Of a DNA stretch of 26,033 nucleotides, positions 8,103-16,022 are shown piece by piece. The stretch is from a virus (taxonomy: Duplodnaviria; Caudoviricetes). The notes beneath the pieces are model-generated. The model saw only the letters and a program-made list of their open reading frames with translations. It searched no databases and had not been told where the DNA came from. Location: positions 1 through 26,033 of IMG/VR virus record IMGVR_UViG_3300046733_000226; one strand, given 5' to 3'. Position numbers and translations under genes: made by a program. Within the stretch, counting starts at the first letter, position 1; each line of letters begins with the position of its first letter.

Positions 8103-9945
8103 AAAACTCTGGAGTTACAAAATCTCCACGTTTATTTAAGGCATAAAGAGCAAACTGTTCAGCAAAATATTCTTTTGAATTAGTTTCAGCATAACTTGTT
8201 GAAAGCCTTAAAGCTCTATTTTTTTTCAGTTTAAAATTCTTTAAAAAGAACTTATTTAATTTTTCTTCAGTTGGTTTTTTATAAAGCCTATTATTTTCTA
8301 TAATAGAATTTTTATATTGATGTATATGATGCCCAAATTCATGATACATTGTAGCTCTCATGTGATCTATGCCACCCTTGAAATATTTTTCAGAAGTAAA
8401 TGGCTTTTGCCCACCAGCCTTATAATCATCATATGTTTCATTTAACATAAGTGTCCGACCCTGTGAGCGTAATTCCTTCTGCCTTCTAAGTCTTTTGAAT
8501 ATTTCAGTTTCTATTTCCTCAAACTCTTTTATCCATGCATCATCACCATAAGTCCAAGTTCCATCTGTTCGCTGTTCTCTTAATTTAATTTGTTGAGCAT
8601 TAAAGTCATCCAACTCTTTATCAATTACCTTTTGTTCATTTTCTATAAGAGTTAGCTTTTTATCAACACTTGCTTCATCAACTGGATTACGCATGTCTTC
8701 TGCCCATTTGTTGAAGTATACGGGATTGTAAGCCATCACACCATCACCTTGATTTGCAATGGCTTTACCAGCACCAGCTTTGTATCCTCTTATTCTGGGA
8801 ATATTAAAGAAATCAGCAAAATAATTTAGTTCAGTGTTTATAACTGCCATCATTTTTATTGTATCATTGGTTAAACCAGCCGTACCTAATTTACCCCACA
8901 TATAGTCATCCCTGCCTCTATATAAAGCTCTTGAATTGTATCTTAAATCTAAAGAAGCATCTTTAAGATCATCATTTAGCCTGTCAGTAGCCTCTTTTCG
9001 GCTCATAACTGGGAAATTTTCATTGTCATAACCATCACTATATGGTGATTTGAATGTATTTGTTACTGCATAGGTCTTGAATGGGCTTATGTTGATAGGG
9101 TCAACTGGGGCAACAGGTACTGGTGGTACAGGGACAACAGGCGCTACTGGTGTGACAGGTGTTGCATCATCAAACAATGCGTCCTCATCTGTGAAATAAA
9201 CAGCCAAACATCTGCAATTTATGTTGTTACCAGCGCCCCCAGAGCCATCATGTGGGTATGACATTTCAACAGTAGCACCTTTATATGGCACTAAGAACTT
9301 CTCATCTATGCCAACTTCCTGACCATTTGCGGCGCTGTGACCTGTTCTAGTCCTATCATCAGAGACTGAAACCCATCTTTTTCGTTGAGCTGGTAGTGCA
9401 AGCTCTCTTGTGGCTGTATCCGTTGCATATGAAGCCGCCGCATGTGTTTCCGTTCTGGCAATAGTGACAGCCCTAGACCTACCAATACTGCCAGATGTGC
9501 GCTCTTGTATCAGTTTTCCTATCTTTGATACACCTATGCCTTCTTTTTCGCCATCGAGTATAGCTTTATTGATGATTTTTCCTGTGGTTTCGGCAATTCC
9601 AGTTATTTTAGCCCCAGCATTCATGAACGTATAATCAAAAACCAACTGACTGAACCTGTCAGCTTTACGATTTGTATAAACTCTATCAGCAAATTTCTCG
9701 ATAACAGCCCTATAGCTGGCTTCAAATACTTTTCTTAGATCATTCTCTAGGGGTACTAAGCTTTGATTTATATCCCCAGAGCGCATGTATTCGGCTGATG
9801 CAGATTTACCTGTGCGCTTAAATACAAGCATCAGGCGGCTTGTCATAGACCTTTCAAACTGCATTCTAAGGCGATTGACCTCTTTAATTTCCTTTGCAAT
9901 GGAAACTCTGGTCTTACTGGCTTTGATAAATACTGGAAATGTCAT
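8059..9945 (-). CDS. MuF (SPP1 gp7-like) minor head protein fused to a zinc metallopeptidase domain
   Basis: RA.TIARTET, KRW....DDRTR.GH, NNINCRC (MuF); Pro-Val linker; HEFGH at aa 535-539 and YAETNSKEYFAEQF. Confidence 0.9.
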   Translation of the reverse strand: MTFPVFIKASKTRVSIAKEIKEVNRLRMQFERSMTSRLMLVFKRTGKSASAEYMRSGDINQSLVPLENDLRKVFEASYRAVIEKFADRVYTNRKADRFSQLVFDYTFMNAGAKITGIAETTGKIINKAILDGEKEGIGVSKIGKLIQERTSGSIGRSRAVTIARTETHAAASYATDTATRELALPAQRKRWVSVSDDRTRTGHSAANGQEVGIDEKFLVPYKGATVEMSYPHDGSGGAGNNINCRCLAVYFTDEDALFDDATPVTPVAPVVPVPPVPVAPVDPINISPFKTYAVTNTFKSPYSDGYDNENFPVMSRKEATDRLNDDLKDASLDLRYNSRALYRGRDDYMWGKLGTAGLTNDTIKMMAVINTELNYFADFFNIPRIRGYKAGAGKAIANQGDGVMAYNPVYFNKWAEDMRNPVDEASVDKKLTLIENEQKVIDKELDDFNAQQIKLREQRTDGTWTYGDDAWIKEFEEIETEIFKRLRRQKELRSQGRTLMLNETYDDYKAGGQKPFTSEKYFKGGIDHMRATMYHEFGHHIHQYKNSIIENNRLYKKPTEEKLNKFFLKNFKLKKNRALRLSTSYAETNSKEYFAEQFALYALNKRGDFVTPEFFEFMEDVFSDKKFR

Positions 9946-9991
9946 AGCTTTTTATACCATTAATAACTTTTTTGGTCTATTTCTATTATTA

Positions 9992-10060
9992 TGTAAATAA
10001 ATTGTTGACACTATATTGGCTATGCTTTAATGATTATTACATCAAATGTTAATTAAAGGA
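9992..10060 (+). promoter_or_regulatory. Repeated phage promoter plus SD, copy 1
   Basis: TGTAAA-N7-TTGACA-N13-GCTTTA-N11-ATCAAAT then AAAGGA; 62/69 identical to 10671-10739. Confidence 0.85.
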
Positions 10061-10069
10061 ACTTATACA

Positions 10070-10333
10070 ATGCCAAATTCAATCGTAGTAAAATTCGACA
10101 AAGCTTTTAACACTGCAATCGTAAATGCGGAAAACTGGGACAATGGTAAGCCTAATAAAGCAAAATTAGAAGCTGAAATATTTACTACTATATTTTTCTC
10201 TAAGCTAGGCGAAACTGAACAGCCAATGACTTCTGCAAAAATAAACGCTGTAATAAATGAAGAATTGATAGGTTGTTTAAGTGAATTTGATGGCGATACA
10301 CATGCAGAAGTTGTGGAATATTTCAATTCATAA
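10070..10333 (+). CDS. Hypothetical accessory protein (87 aa)
   Basis: ATG 10070 follows promoter copy 1 and an AAAGGA SD. Confidence 0.75.
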   Translation: MPNSIVVKFDKAFNTAIVNAENWDNGKPNKAKLEAEIFTTIFFSKLGETEQPMTSAKINAVINEELIGCLSEFDGDTHAEVVEYFNS

Positions 10334-10350
10334 GCTCTAGTTTAATTAAT

Positions 10351-10384
10351 AAGCTCTACAGTCATCTCCCAGATTGTAGAGTTT
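10351..10384 (+). other. Intergenic 13-bp RNA hairpin
   Basis: AAGCTCTACAGTC-ATCTCCCA-GATTGTAGAGTTT, with two G-U pairs on the + strand. Confidence 0.6.
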
Positions 10385-10410
10385 AGATAATCAAACTAAG
10401 GAAATATAAA

Positions 10411-10656
10411 ATGATATTCGCTGGTAAAAATAAAGTTGATGCAAAAGAAAACGCCCGAAAAGCTTCAATTGAAAATAAGGGTAAATATATAACTTTATAT
10501 GCCTGTTTTGGTATATATATGCAAATATCAAAAAGGGTAAATGTTTTTGACCCAAGTGACAGTTTGTTTGGTGTGTATTGGTTAAATGGAAAAGAAAAAA
10601 GATTTACTGATGCACAAATTATAAGAGATCAGCAATCAACTCCAAGTTTACATTAA
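10411..10656 (+). CDS. Hypothetical accessory protein (81 aa)
   Basis: TAAGGA SD; fills the gap between the hairpin and promoter copy 2. Confidence 0.75.
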   Translation: MIFAGKNKVDAKENARKASIENKGKYITLYACFGIYMQISKRVNVFDPSDSLFGVYWLNGKEKRFTDAQIIRDQQSTPSLH

Positions 10657-10670
10657 TAAATCAAACTATT

Positions 10671-10739
10671 TGTAAATAAATTGTTGACAGTATATTACCT
10701 ATGCTTTATTGGTTATTATATCAAATGTTAATCAAAGGA
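10671..10739 (+). promoter_or_regulatory. Repeated phage promoter plus SD, copy 2
   Basis: TGTAAA-N7-TTGACA-N13-GCTTTA-N11-ATCAAAT then AAAGGA. Confidence 0.85.
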
Positions 10740-10747
10740 CTTACACT

Positions 10748-11266
10748 ATGTTACATACTGAATATAAAACTTACACTTCAATCATCTCTAAACTTGATGA
10801 AGCTTTTGCAAAATTTGACGAACAGTTCCGTAAAGAGGAAATCAAATTTTTCTTTGACCGCAAAAAAGCACTTAAAGAATATCAAGCTAAAGATGAAGCT
10901 AAAGAATTGTATAGAAGCAACGCTTATGATTATTATGAAACTCTTTATAGCATTGCTGGCGGCAAGGGTATGTATGAGATTGTTGGTTGTGGATATTATA
11001 ATGAAGCTGGAATTACTGAAAAAGCAAACAAGCATGTTGATAGTAAAATTGCCAGACGTAACGCAAGCATTTCTAATAAACTTGTTAAGGCTCAAATCAC
11101 AAATGTAGATAGTGGTGAAGTTGTTTATAGTGATGATGGCTTTAATGGTTACTTTGAAGTTCAAACTGAAGCTGGTCAAAAGCGCGTATCAATAGATACA
11201 ATCATTGCTGGTGGTTACAATATCCAGCGCGCACATTACCGCACATTAGTTAAAGTTTATAAATAA
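10748..11266 (+). CDS. Conserved phage hypothetical protein (172 aa)
   Basis: AAAGGA SD; C-terminal TIIAGGYNIQRAHYRTLVK, a motif I recall from uncharacterised phage proteins. Confidence 0.8.
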   Translation: MLHTEYKTYTSIISKLDEAFAKFDEQFRKEEIKFFFDRKKALKEYQAKDEAKELYRSNAYDYYETLYSIAGGKGMYEIVGCGYYNEAGITEKANKHVDSKIARRNASISNKLVKAQITNVDSGEVVYSDDGFNGYFEVQTEAGQKRVSIDTIIAGGYNIQRAHYRTLVKVYK

Positions 11267-11269
11267 ATC

Positions 11270-11299
11270 AAAAAAGCCCCCCTCGATAAGAAGGGGGCT
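11270..11299 (-). terminator. Intrinsic terminator in the minus (late) orientation
   Basis: AGCCCCC/GGGGGCT stem followed by a T-run on the minus strand only. Confidence 0.7.
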
Positions 11300-11322
11300 A
11301 GTCAAACAGGGAGAGAAACCAA

Positions 11323-11436
11323 ATGAAAAAATCACTCGATTACAAACACCTTATCATAAATTCAGCAGTAATTATAGCCTTTGTATACGGCGTACTGCAT
11401 TTGCCACATATCATTTATTATTTAGGGAACATTTAA
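11323..11436 (+). CDS. 37 aa single-pass membrane peptide
   Basis: GGGAGAG SD; MKKSLDYKHLIINSAVIIAFVYGVLHLPHIIYYLGNI*; below the ORF track cutoff. Confidence 0.6.
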   Translation: MKKSLDYKHLIINSAVIIAFVYGVLHLPHIIYYLGNI

Positions 11437-11610
11437 ATGCCACATAAATTGTTAATGAAAAAATTTGTTACTTGGGATGAACTAAATGAACTTGGCGAAG
11501 ATTTTCTAAAAGCAACAGAACAAAAAGATGAAGATGCTATCTTAGATATGGAAAATGTTTACGAAAAAGTTGATACAGGTAAAATATTAATACTCGATAG
11601 ACCGAAATAA
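11437..11610 (+). CDS. 57 aa acidic hypothetical protein
   Basis: ATG abuts the previous TAA; AGGGA SD; MPHKLLMKKFVTWDELNELGEDF...ILDRPK*; ends just before a terminator. Confidence 0.6.
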   Translation: MPHKLLMKKFVTWDELNELGEDFLKATEQKDEDAILDMENVYEKVDTGKILILDRPK

Positions 11611-11615
11611 GATGG

Positions 11616-11639
11616 GGGGGCAATTAAGCCCCCTTTTTT
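11616..11639 (+). terminator. Intrinsic terminator closing the plus-strand cassette
   Basis: GGGGGC-AATTAA-GCCCCC-TTTTTT, abutting the portal stop codon. Confidence 0.85.
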
Positions 11640-13830
11640 ATTCAGCCGCTATGCTTTTCTCTTTATCAGATTTCATGGGGTGTCCTTCTGGCAAAAGATC
11701 ACGATCAAATGCCCCACTCTTAAACCTTCCAGTTCTCACAGCCGATAGAAATGCATTCACACGCCCTAATCCCCACTGGTCAGGCGATGTAACACTTGGC
11801 CTTACACTTTGTGGGTTTGTTCTGTAAGCGCCCACACCGCGTCTAAATACAGCCTCTAGCATTCGCTGTGTGACCTTCTTTCCCTTTTTATCGCCATGTT
11901 TGTCATTATGATCATCAACTTTATTAGCCAGAGCCTTTTTTATCTTTGCAGATACTTCAGCTTTTGCTTCATCAACAATTAAATCACTTATCATTTCTGG
12001 GAAATCTTCAGACTTTGATCTTTCTTTGTCTAGTTCAGCAGTTTTACGCCTTGCCCAGCTTTGACCTTCATCACCGCCCCAACCAAGCCAAGCAATCAGA
12101 CCAGCACTTGGCCAACCTTCCTCACCTCTCCTGAAACCTTCAGCTTCTTTATCGACCTCATGTCGGCTGAAGAAACTGTGCATTCTCCTAACAGTTCTTG
12201 GCGATAATCTTTCTTTGTTAATTAACTGGTTTGCCCGTGCTACACCCACTGGTGTCATTCCACGACCATATTCTTTTCTTAAATCGAGCGCTCTTTTTCC
12301 ATTTCTAGCCATTGCTGAAGTTGGAACAGTATCAACATCACTTTCAGCCTTGCCTTCAGCGTCTTTCAAATCTTCGCCTGTAGCGTCTTCATACTGTGAA
12401 TGGGTGTTACAGGGCATATAAATGATTTGCCCGTCTTCTGTGTGGCTGTGTGACCCTACGCAACCAATTTCACCAGCCCTTTCGATTGCTTCAGCTTCTG
12501 TTGTGAAAACATCTTTGCGAACTTCTGATTTTGTACCATATGCTTGCTTGGCCGCATCTTCAGGTTCTAAACCTTCATCTTCTGCAACTTCAACTCCACC
12601 TAATGGGAATAAATTAGCCGCAATGAATACTTCATCACCACCACTGATAGGCTCTAACCCAATACGATCACGCGCTTCATTGCGACTGATAATGCCTTCA
12701 CGAACTGCGGCTACAACATTTTCATAAACACGTCTTCGGCGTTCAGTCATAGCTGGAATACCATCAACATCATATTGAATTCTAATATTATCGCCAAAGC
12801 TGGGCGCTAACCACTCATTTAGGTCACTTTCTACACGTCTGGCCAATGGTATGATTGTTTCTTCATATAAAGCCAGCCTTGCTTCCTGAACATTTGCATA
12901 TGTTTGACTGTCAGGAATGCCGATAAGTTGTGAAGGAACACCAAAACAAAGGGCAATATCTTTAGCCGCTGTATGTCTTTGCTGTAGAAAGTCCATATCT
13001 TTAGGAGACATACCCATTTCTTTCCAATCAAAATCACCCTCAAGCAACATTGGCCGCCCTGCATTCTTTTGACCTGTAAAGCGCTGACCTAAATCATCAC
13101 TGACTTGTTTACGTTGAGCATCCGTTAGCTCTATACGTGCGCCCATTTCGTCTTTTGGTTTGAATACAATAGCACCTGATGGCCTTGCTCCATTGGTTAA
13201 TAATCCAACATTATGTGTCGCTATCATGTTATGAACATCTAAATCTACAGCCGCCGCCATCAATGGTGATAATCCAAGATAATCGTCTAATGGATTCCAC
13301 ATTTTGAAATGTTTCACTTCAGATTGCCCTGTTAGTGGGTCAGCTTCATAATCAGCAACTGTTTTATTATTTATCTTGTATTTGTATGATTTTGGAACAG
13401 TAGTTTCGCTTGGGACAATCTCAATGCGATCAGGGCGCAACAAATATAATTCATTAGGCATTTGATTAATTGCGCTGGCCAGAGCATATGAATTTCCAGA
13501 CAATAATAAATATGAATATAGGCTTTGGAAGTATTCAACACCAGCTTGAGTTGGGTTTGGACGTTTGAGTAAAGTAACCAACGGGTGCTGTTCTAACTCC
13601 ATATCGCCTTGATATACCTTGAAATTAATTGAAGCCGCACCATTTGCAATCTCATTAACGCACCTGAAAACTATAGCATTTTGTTGATAACCTTCTCTGG
13701 CATATGCCTTGAAGTTATCTTTTCTTGTATATGTAAATCCACCAGTTCCTGATAAATAAACCTTTGGGGCTTCCTTAGTTTGCAGTGTTTGCCCAAAAAC
13801 TGCATTTCTTATGTTATTAAATACGCCCAT
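11638..13830 (-). CDS. HK97-family portal protein with about 300 aa multi-domain C-terminal extension
   Basis: VFRCVNEIA, LLLSGNSY, LRPDRI, GLSPL, NGARPSG, IALCFGVP, ISRNEAR..IGL.PI.GGD; ATG 13830 has a GGAG SD and overlaps the terL TAA. Confidence 0.95.
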   Translation of the reverse strand: MGVFNNIRNAVFGQTLQTKEAPKVYLSGTGGFTYTRKDNFKAYAREGYQQNAIVFRCVNEIANGAASINFKVYQGDMELEQHPLVTLLKRPNPTQAGVEYFQSLYSYLLLSGNSYALASAINQMPNELYLLRPDRIEIVPSETTVPKSYKYKINNKTVADYEADPLTGQSEVKHFKMWNPLDDYLGLSPLMAAAVDLDVHNMIATHNVGLLTNGARPSGAIVFKPKDEMGARIELTDAQRKQVSDDLGQRFTGQKNAGRPMLLEGDFDWKEMGMSPKDMDFLQQRHTAAKDIALCFGVPSQLIGIPDSQTYANVQEARLALYEETIIPLARRVESDLNEWLAPSFGDNIRIQYDVDGIPAMTERRRRVYENVVAAVREGIISRNEARDRIGLEPISGGDEVFIAANLFPLGGVEVAEDEGLEPEDAAKQAYGTKSEVRKDVFTTEAEAIERAGEIGCVGSHSHTEDGQIIYMPCNTHSQYEDATGEDLKDAEGKAESDVDTVPTSAMARNGKRALDLRKEYGRGMTPVGVARANQLINKERLSPRTVRRMHSFFSRHEVDKEAEGFRRGEEGWPSAGLIAWLGWGGDEGQSWARRKTAELDKERSKSEDFPEMISDLIVDEAKAEVSAKIKKALANKVDDHNDKHGDKKGKKVTQRMLEAVFRRGVGAYRTNPQSVRPSVTSPDQWGLGRVNAFLSAVRTGRFKSGAFDRDLLPEGHPMKSDKEKSIAAE

Positions 13831-15071
13831 TATGTAATTCTCCAAACTGCATTTCCTGTAGACTGCGATAATTCTGTGACTGCCCAGACCAACGCATCCA
13901 ACCTATCTGGGCTTACATTACCACTTCCATTGTAAAAAATCATCTGTTCTTCTAGTTCTGGAAACTTTCCAGCATGAAAAACTTGATTTCTTTCATAAAG
14001 CGCCGCAATCGGTTCTGCCCTCAACATCTTACCCCGTGTAGCCCGTACCGCACGATACGATACACTCCTATCACTATCTTTTATCAACTTTTCGACCAAA
14101 TCACCACCATTATTAACTTCAGCTATAACCCTATCAGCTTGATATTCGTGATATTTAGTGATTGCACGTCTTATCCATTGATCAGGAGAACCACGCAATG
14201 TTGCATCTTCAAGTATATAATACTCTTGTTTGTGAGCATTACGACCAGCTACAATTATTCCTGTTTCGTCTGAATTTTTACCACCTGTAACTGCTGGGTC
14301 GATGGCCACAACAATTCTTGATAGCTCTGGAAGTTCTTCTTTTTTTATTCTGGTAGCTTGTATTAAATCCCCAGACCATAAAGCACCTTCCACTTCTGTG
14401 AGATAGTCTCCAAGCCAAACATGATTATATTTCTTTATATTTTGGCCTCGAATTCGTTCAGCCATTTCTTTGACTGCTGGTGGGCAATGTGGATTTTCTT
14501 TATAATTTACATGAACAAGAACAGAATTATCGTTATCTTTAAAAATTTCCTCAACAGGGTCTTCAGGCTTATATGGATTCCATGTGAACCACATTTCACT
14601 ACCAAGCTTTCTTAATGTTGGGTCAAGCAACTCAAGTGAACGCCTTGATAGAGACTGCGCCTCTTCACACCACGCAATATCAAAACCTTCAAGAGATTTT
14701 ACACTATCTGCCGTATGATCTTGCATACCTTGGAAAATAACAACACCAGTACCAAACTTACAATTAATCCTGTTGGCCTGTATTTCAAAGTATTGATCAA
14801 CACCAAGTTCTGAAATCTTATCAACCAGTAACTGCCTTGCTGAGAATTCTAATGATTTCTGTACTTCACGAATACAGATAACCTTTGTATCTGCATCTGC
14901 CAGTAATCTAAATACAACCTTTTCAGCAAATAAATGTGATTTGCCTGATGCCCTTCCACCTTTAGCACCCCTATATCTAGGATGCCCCTTTGTGCCTTTA
15001 AACAAGGAACGTGACCAATGTGGCCACTGAAAGCTTAAACTTTGCTCTTTATTCTGTTGCTGGTGGGTCAA
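13830..15071 (-). CDS. terL: Terminase large subunit
   Basis: Walker A GGRASGKS, Walker B WCEEA, WNP motif; nuclease motifs AIDPA...SDETG and SPDRLDALVWA; TTG start uncertain. Confidence 0.95.
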   Translation of the reverse strand: MTHQQQNKEQSLSFQWPHWSRSLFKGTKGHPRYRGAKGGRASGKSHLFAEKVVFRLLADADTKVICIREVQKSLEFSARQLLVDKISELGVDQYFEIQANRINCKFGTGVVIFQGMQDHTADSVKSLEGFDIAWCEEAQSLSRRSLELLDPTLRKLGSEMWFTWNPYKPEDPVEEIFKDNDNSVLVHVNYKENPHCPPAVKEMAERIRGQNIKKYNHVWLGDYLTEVEGALWSGDLIQATRIKKEELPELSRIVVAIDPAVTGGKNSDETGIIVAGRNAHKQEYYILEDATLRGSPDQWIRRAITKYHEYQADRVIAEVNNGGDLVEKLIKDSDRSVSYRAVRATRGKMLRAEPIAALYERNQVFHAGKFPELEEQMIFYNGSGNVSPDRLDALVWAVTELSQSTGNAVWRIT

Positions 15072-15462
15072 GGAAAGTACATTCTATTTTACCAAACAAA
15101 GAACCACCATTTTCACCAGTGATTTCTGTTTTATCTTTCTGCCCTAAATACTGCTTACCTAGCCATACTTGCATAGTGGCATTACCACTTTCAGCTAATG
15201 ACCATTGAGCGCGTCTAAGGCTTGTTTTACCTATATCGAATTCTTTTTTATGGAAGTCCCGAAAATTAGCATATCCATGTTCTTTTAATCTTGTGTCTAA
15301 AGTTGTTGAACCCATATCAAGCACAGAACAGCACTCATCAACAGTACAGAACATATTAATAAGCTCTTTCAACTGCTTTAATTGAAAATCATCAAGGTTT
15401 TTACGAGGTCCTTTAGGCCCTGTTTTACCCTTTTCTTCTGTTACCTGTATGTCTTCTGACAT
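15049..15462 (-). CDS. terS: Terminase small subunit
   Basis: HTH, GK.SLRRAQW..A..GNATMQVWLGKQYLGQKD, EITGENGG; AAAGGA SD before ATG 15462. Confidence 0.85.
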   Translation of the reverse strand: MSEDIQVTEEKGKTGPKGPRKNLDDFQLKQLKELINMFCTVDECCSVLDMGSTTLDTRLKEHGYANFRDFHKKEFDIGKTSLRRAQWSLAESGNATMQVWLGKQYLGQKDKTEITGENGGSLFGKIECTFLDPPATE

Positions 15463-15489
15463 TGTTTTAGTCCTTTTGTTCACGCCCTC

Positions 15490-15498
15490 ATTATACAC
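15490..15498 (-). promoter_or_regulatory. Candidate -10 element of the late (terminase) promoter
   Basis: GTGTATAAT about 28 nt upstream of terS with no clear -35, so possibly activator-dependent. Confidence 0.45.
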
Positions 15499-15527
15499 TT
15501 AATTGTTGGGTTTTCCAGATATTAAGA

Positions 15528-16022
15528 TTAAAGCCTTGTTTGTGGTGGAAAATACTTCTCAAAATCAACCTCAAGAACTGCGCCCTGCTCTATCAAATGT
15601 TGTCTGCCACGACTTGTAGGGTCTAGGTAACTATCAGGTATAGCTTCACCCTCTTTAATGCGCCTTATCATAATTCTATCAGTATATGACAATGGGCTAT
15701 CTTCATATTTATGAACAGGTAATTCTTTTGTTTGCTCATCCATCACCCGTTCCCTGTGTTCTTTTATGCCCTTAATGAATGCATTGATTGTTGGCCAGCG
15801 CCTTGAGGTGTAATTTTTTCGCACATGTTGAGCTGTTCTTTCCAATAGAAGCTTACACATACCATCATTTACGCTGGGGATTTCAGAATTTATATCTTCA
15901 ACCATTAATATCATTTCTTCACGGCTGGCATTTTCATTGAAATGTGCTGGTGCTTCATAACGCTTTAAGGTTTCAAAGAGCCAATGAGAAATCATTCTTT
16001 TTCTTTCTTCATAATTCATCAT
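15528..16022 (-). CDS. Hypothetical protein, possible helicase loader/inhibitor
   Basis: Coupled (ATGA) to the replication initiator; WPTINAF resembles the P.I..I motif of such proteins; function inferred from position. Confidence 0.45.
   Translation of the reverse strand: MMNYEERKRMISHWLFETLKRYEAPAHFNENASREEMILMVEDINSEIPSVNDGMCKLLLERTAQHVRKNYTSRRWPTINAFIKGIKEHRERVMDEQTKELPVHKYEDSPLSYTDRIMIRRIKEGEAIPDSYLDPTSRGRQHLIEQGAVLEVDFEKYFPPQTRL

Noticed and set aside
10063-11179. Minus ORFs 10063-10326 and 10778-11179, and alternate-frame ORF 10701-11108
   Set aside because: They overlap better-supported genes that have a promoter and SD; composition is shadow-like
12831-13064. Alternate-frame minus ORF inside the portal
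   Set aside because: Nested in the conserved portal core with no supporting signals
15049-15085. Programmed terS-terL frameshift fusion
   Set aside because: It would need a +1 shift and no recognisable shift site is present
1-15462. Gene transfer agent cluster
   Set aside because: Own replication, recombination and many accessory genes, with no host chromosomal genes, indicate a phage
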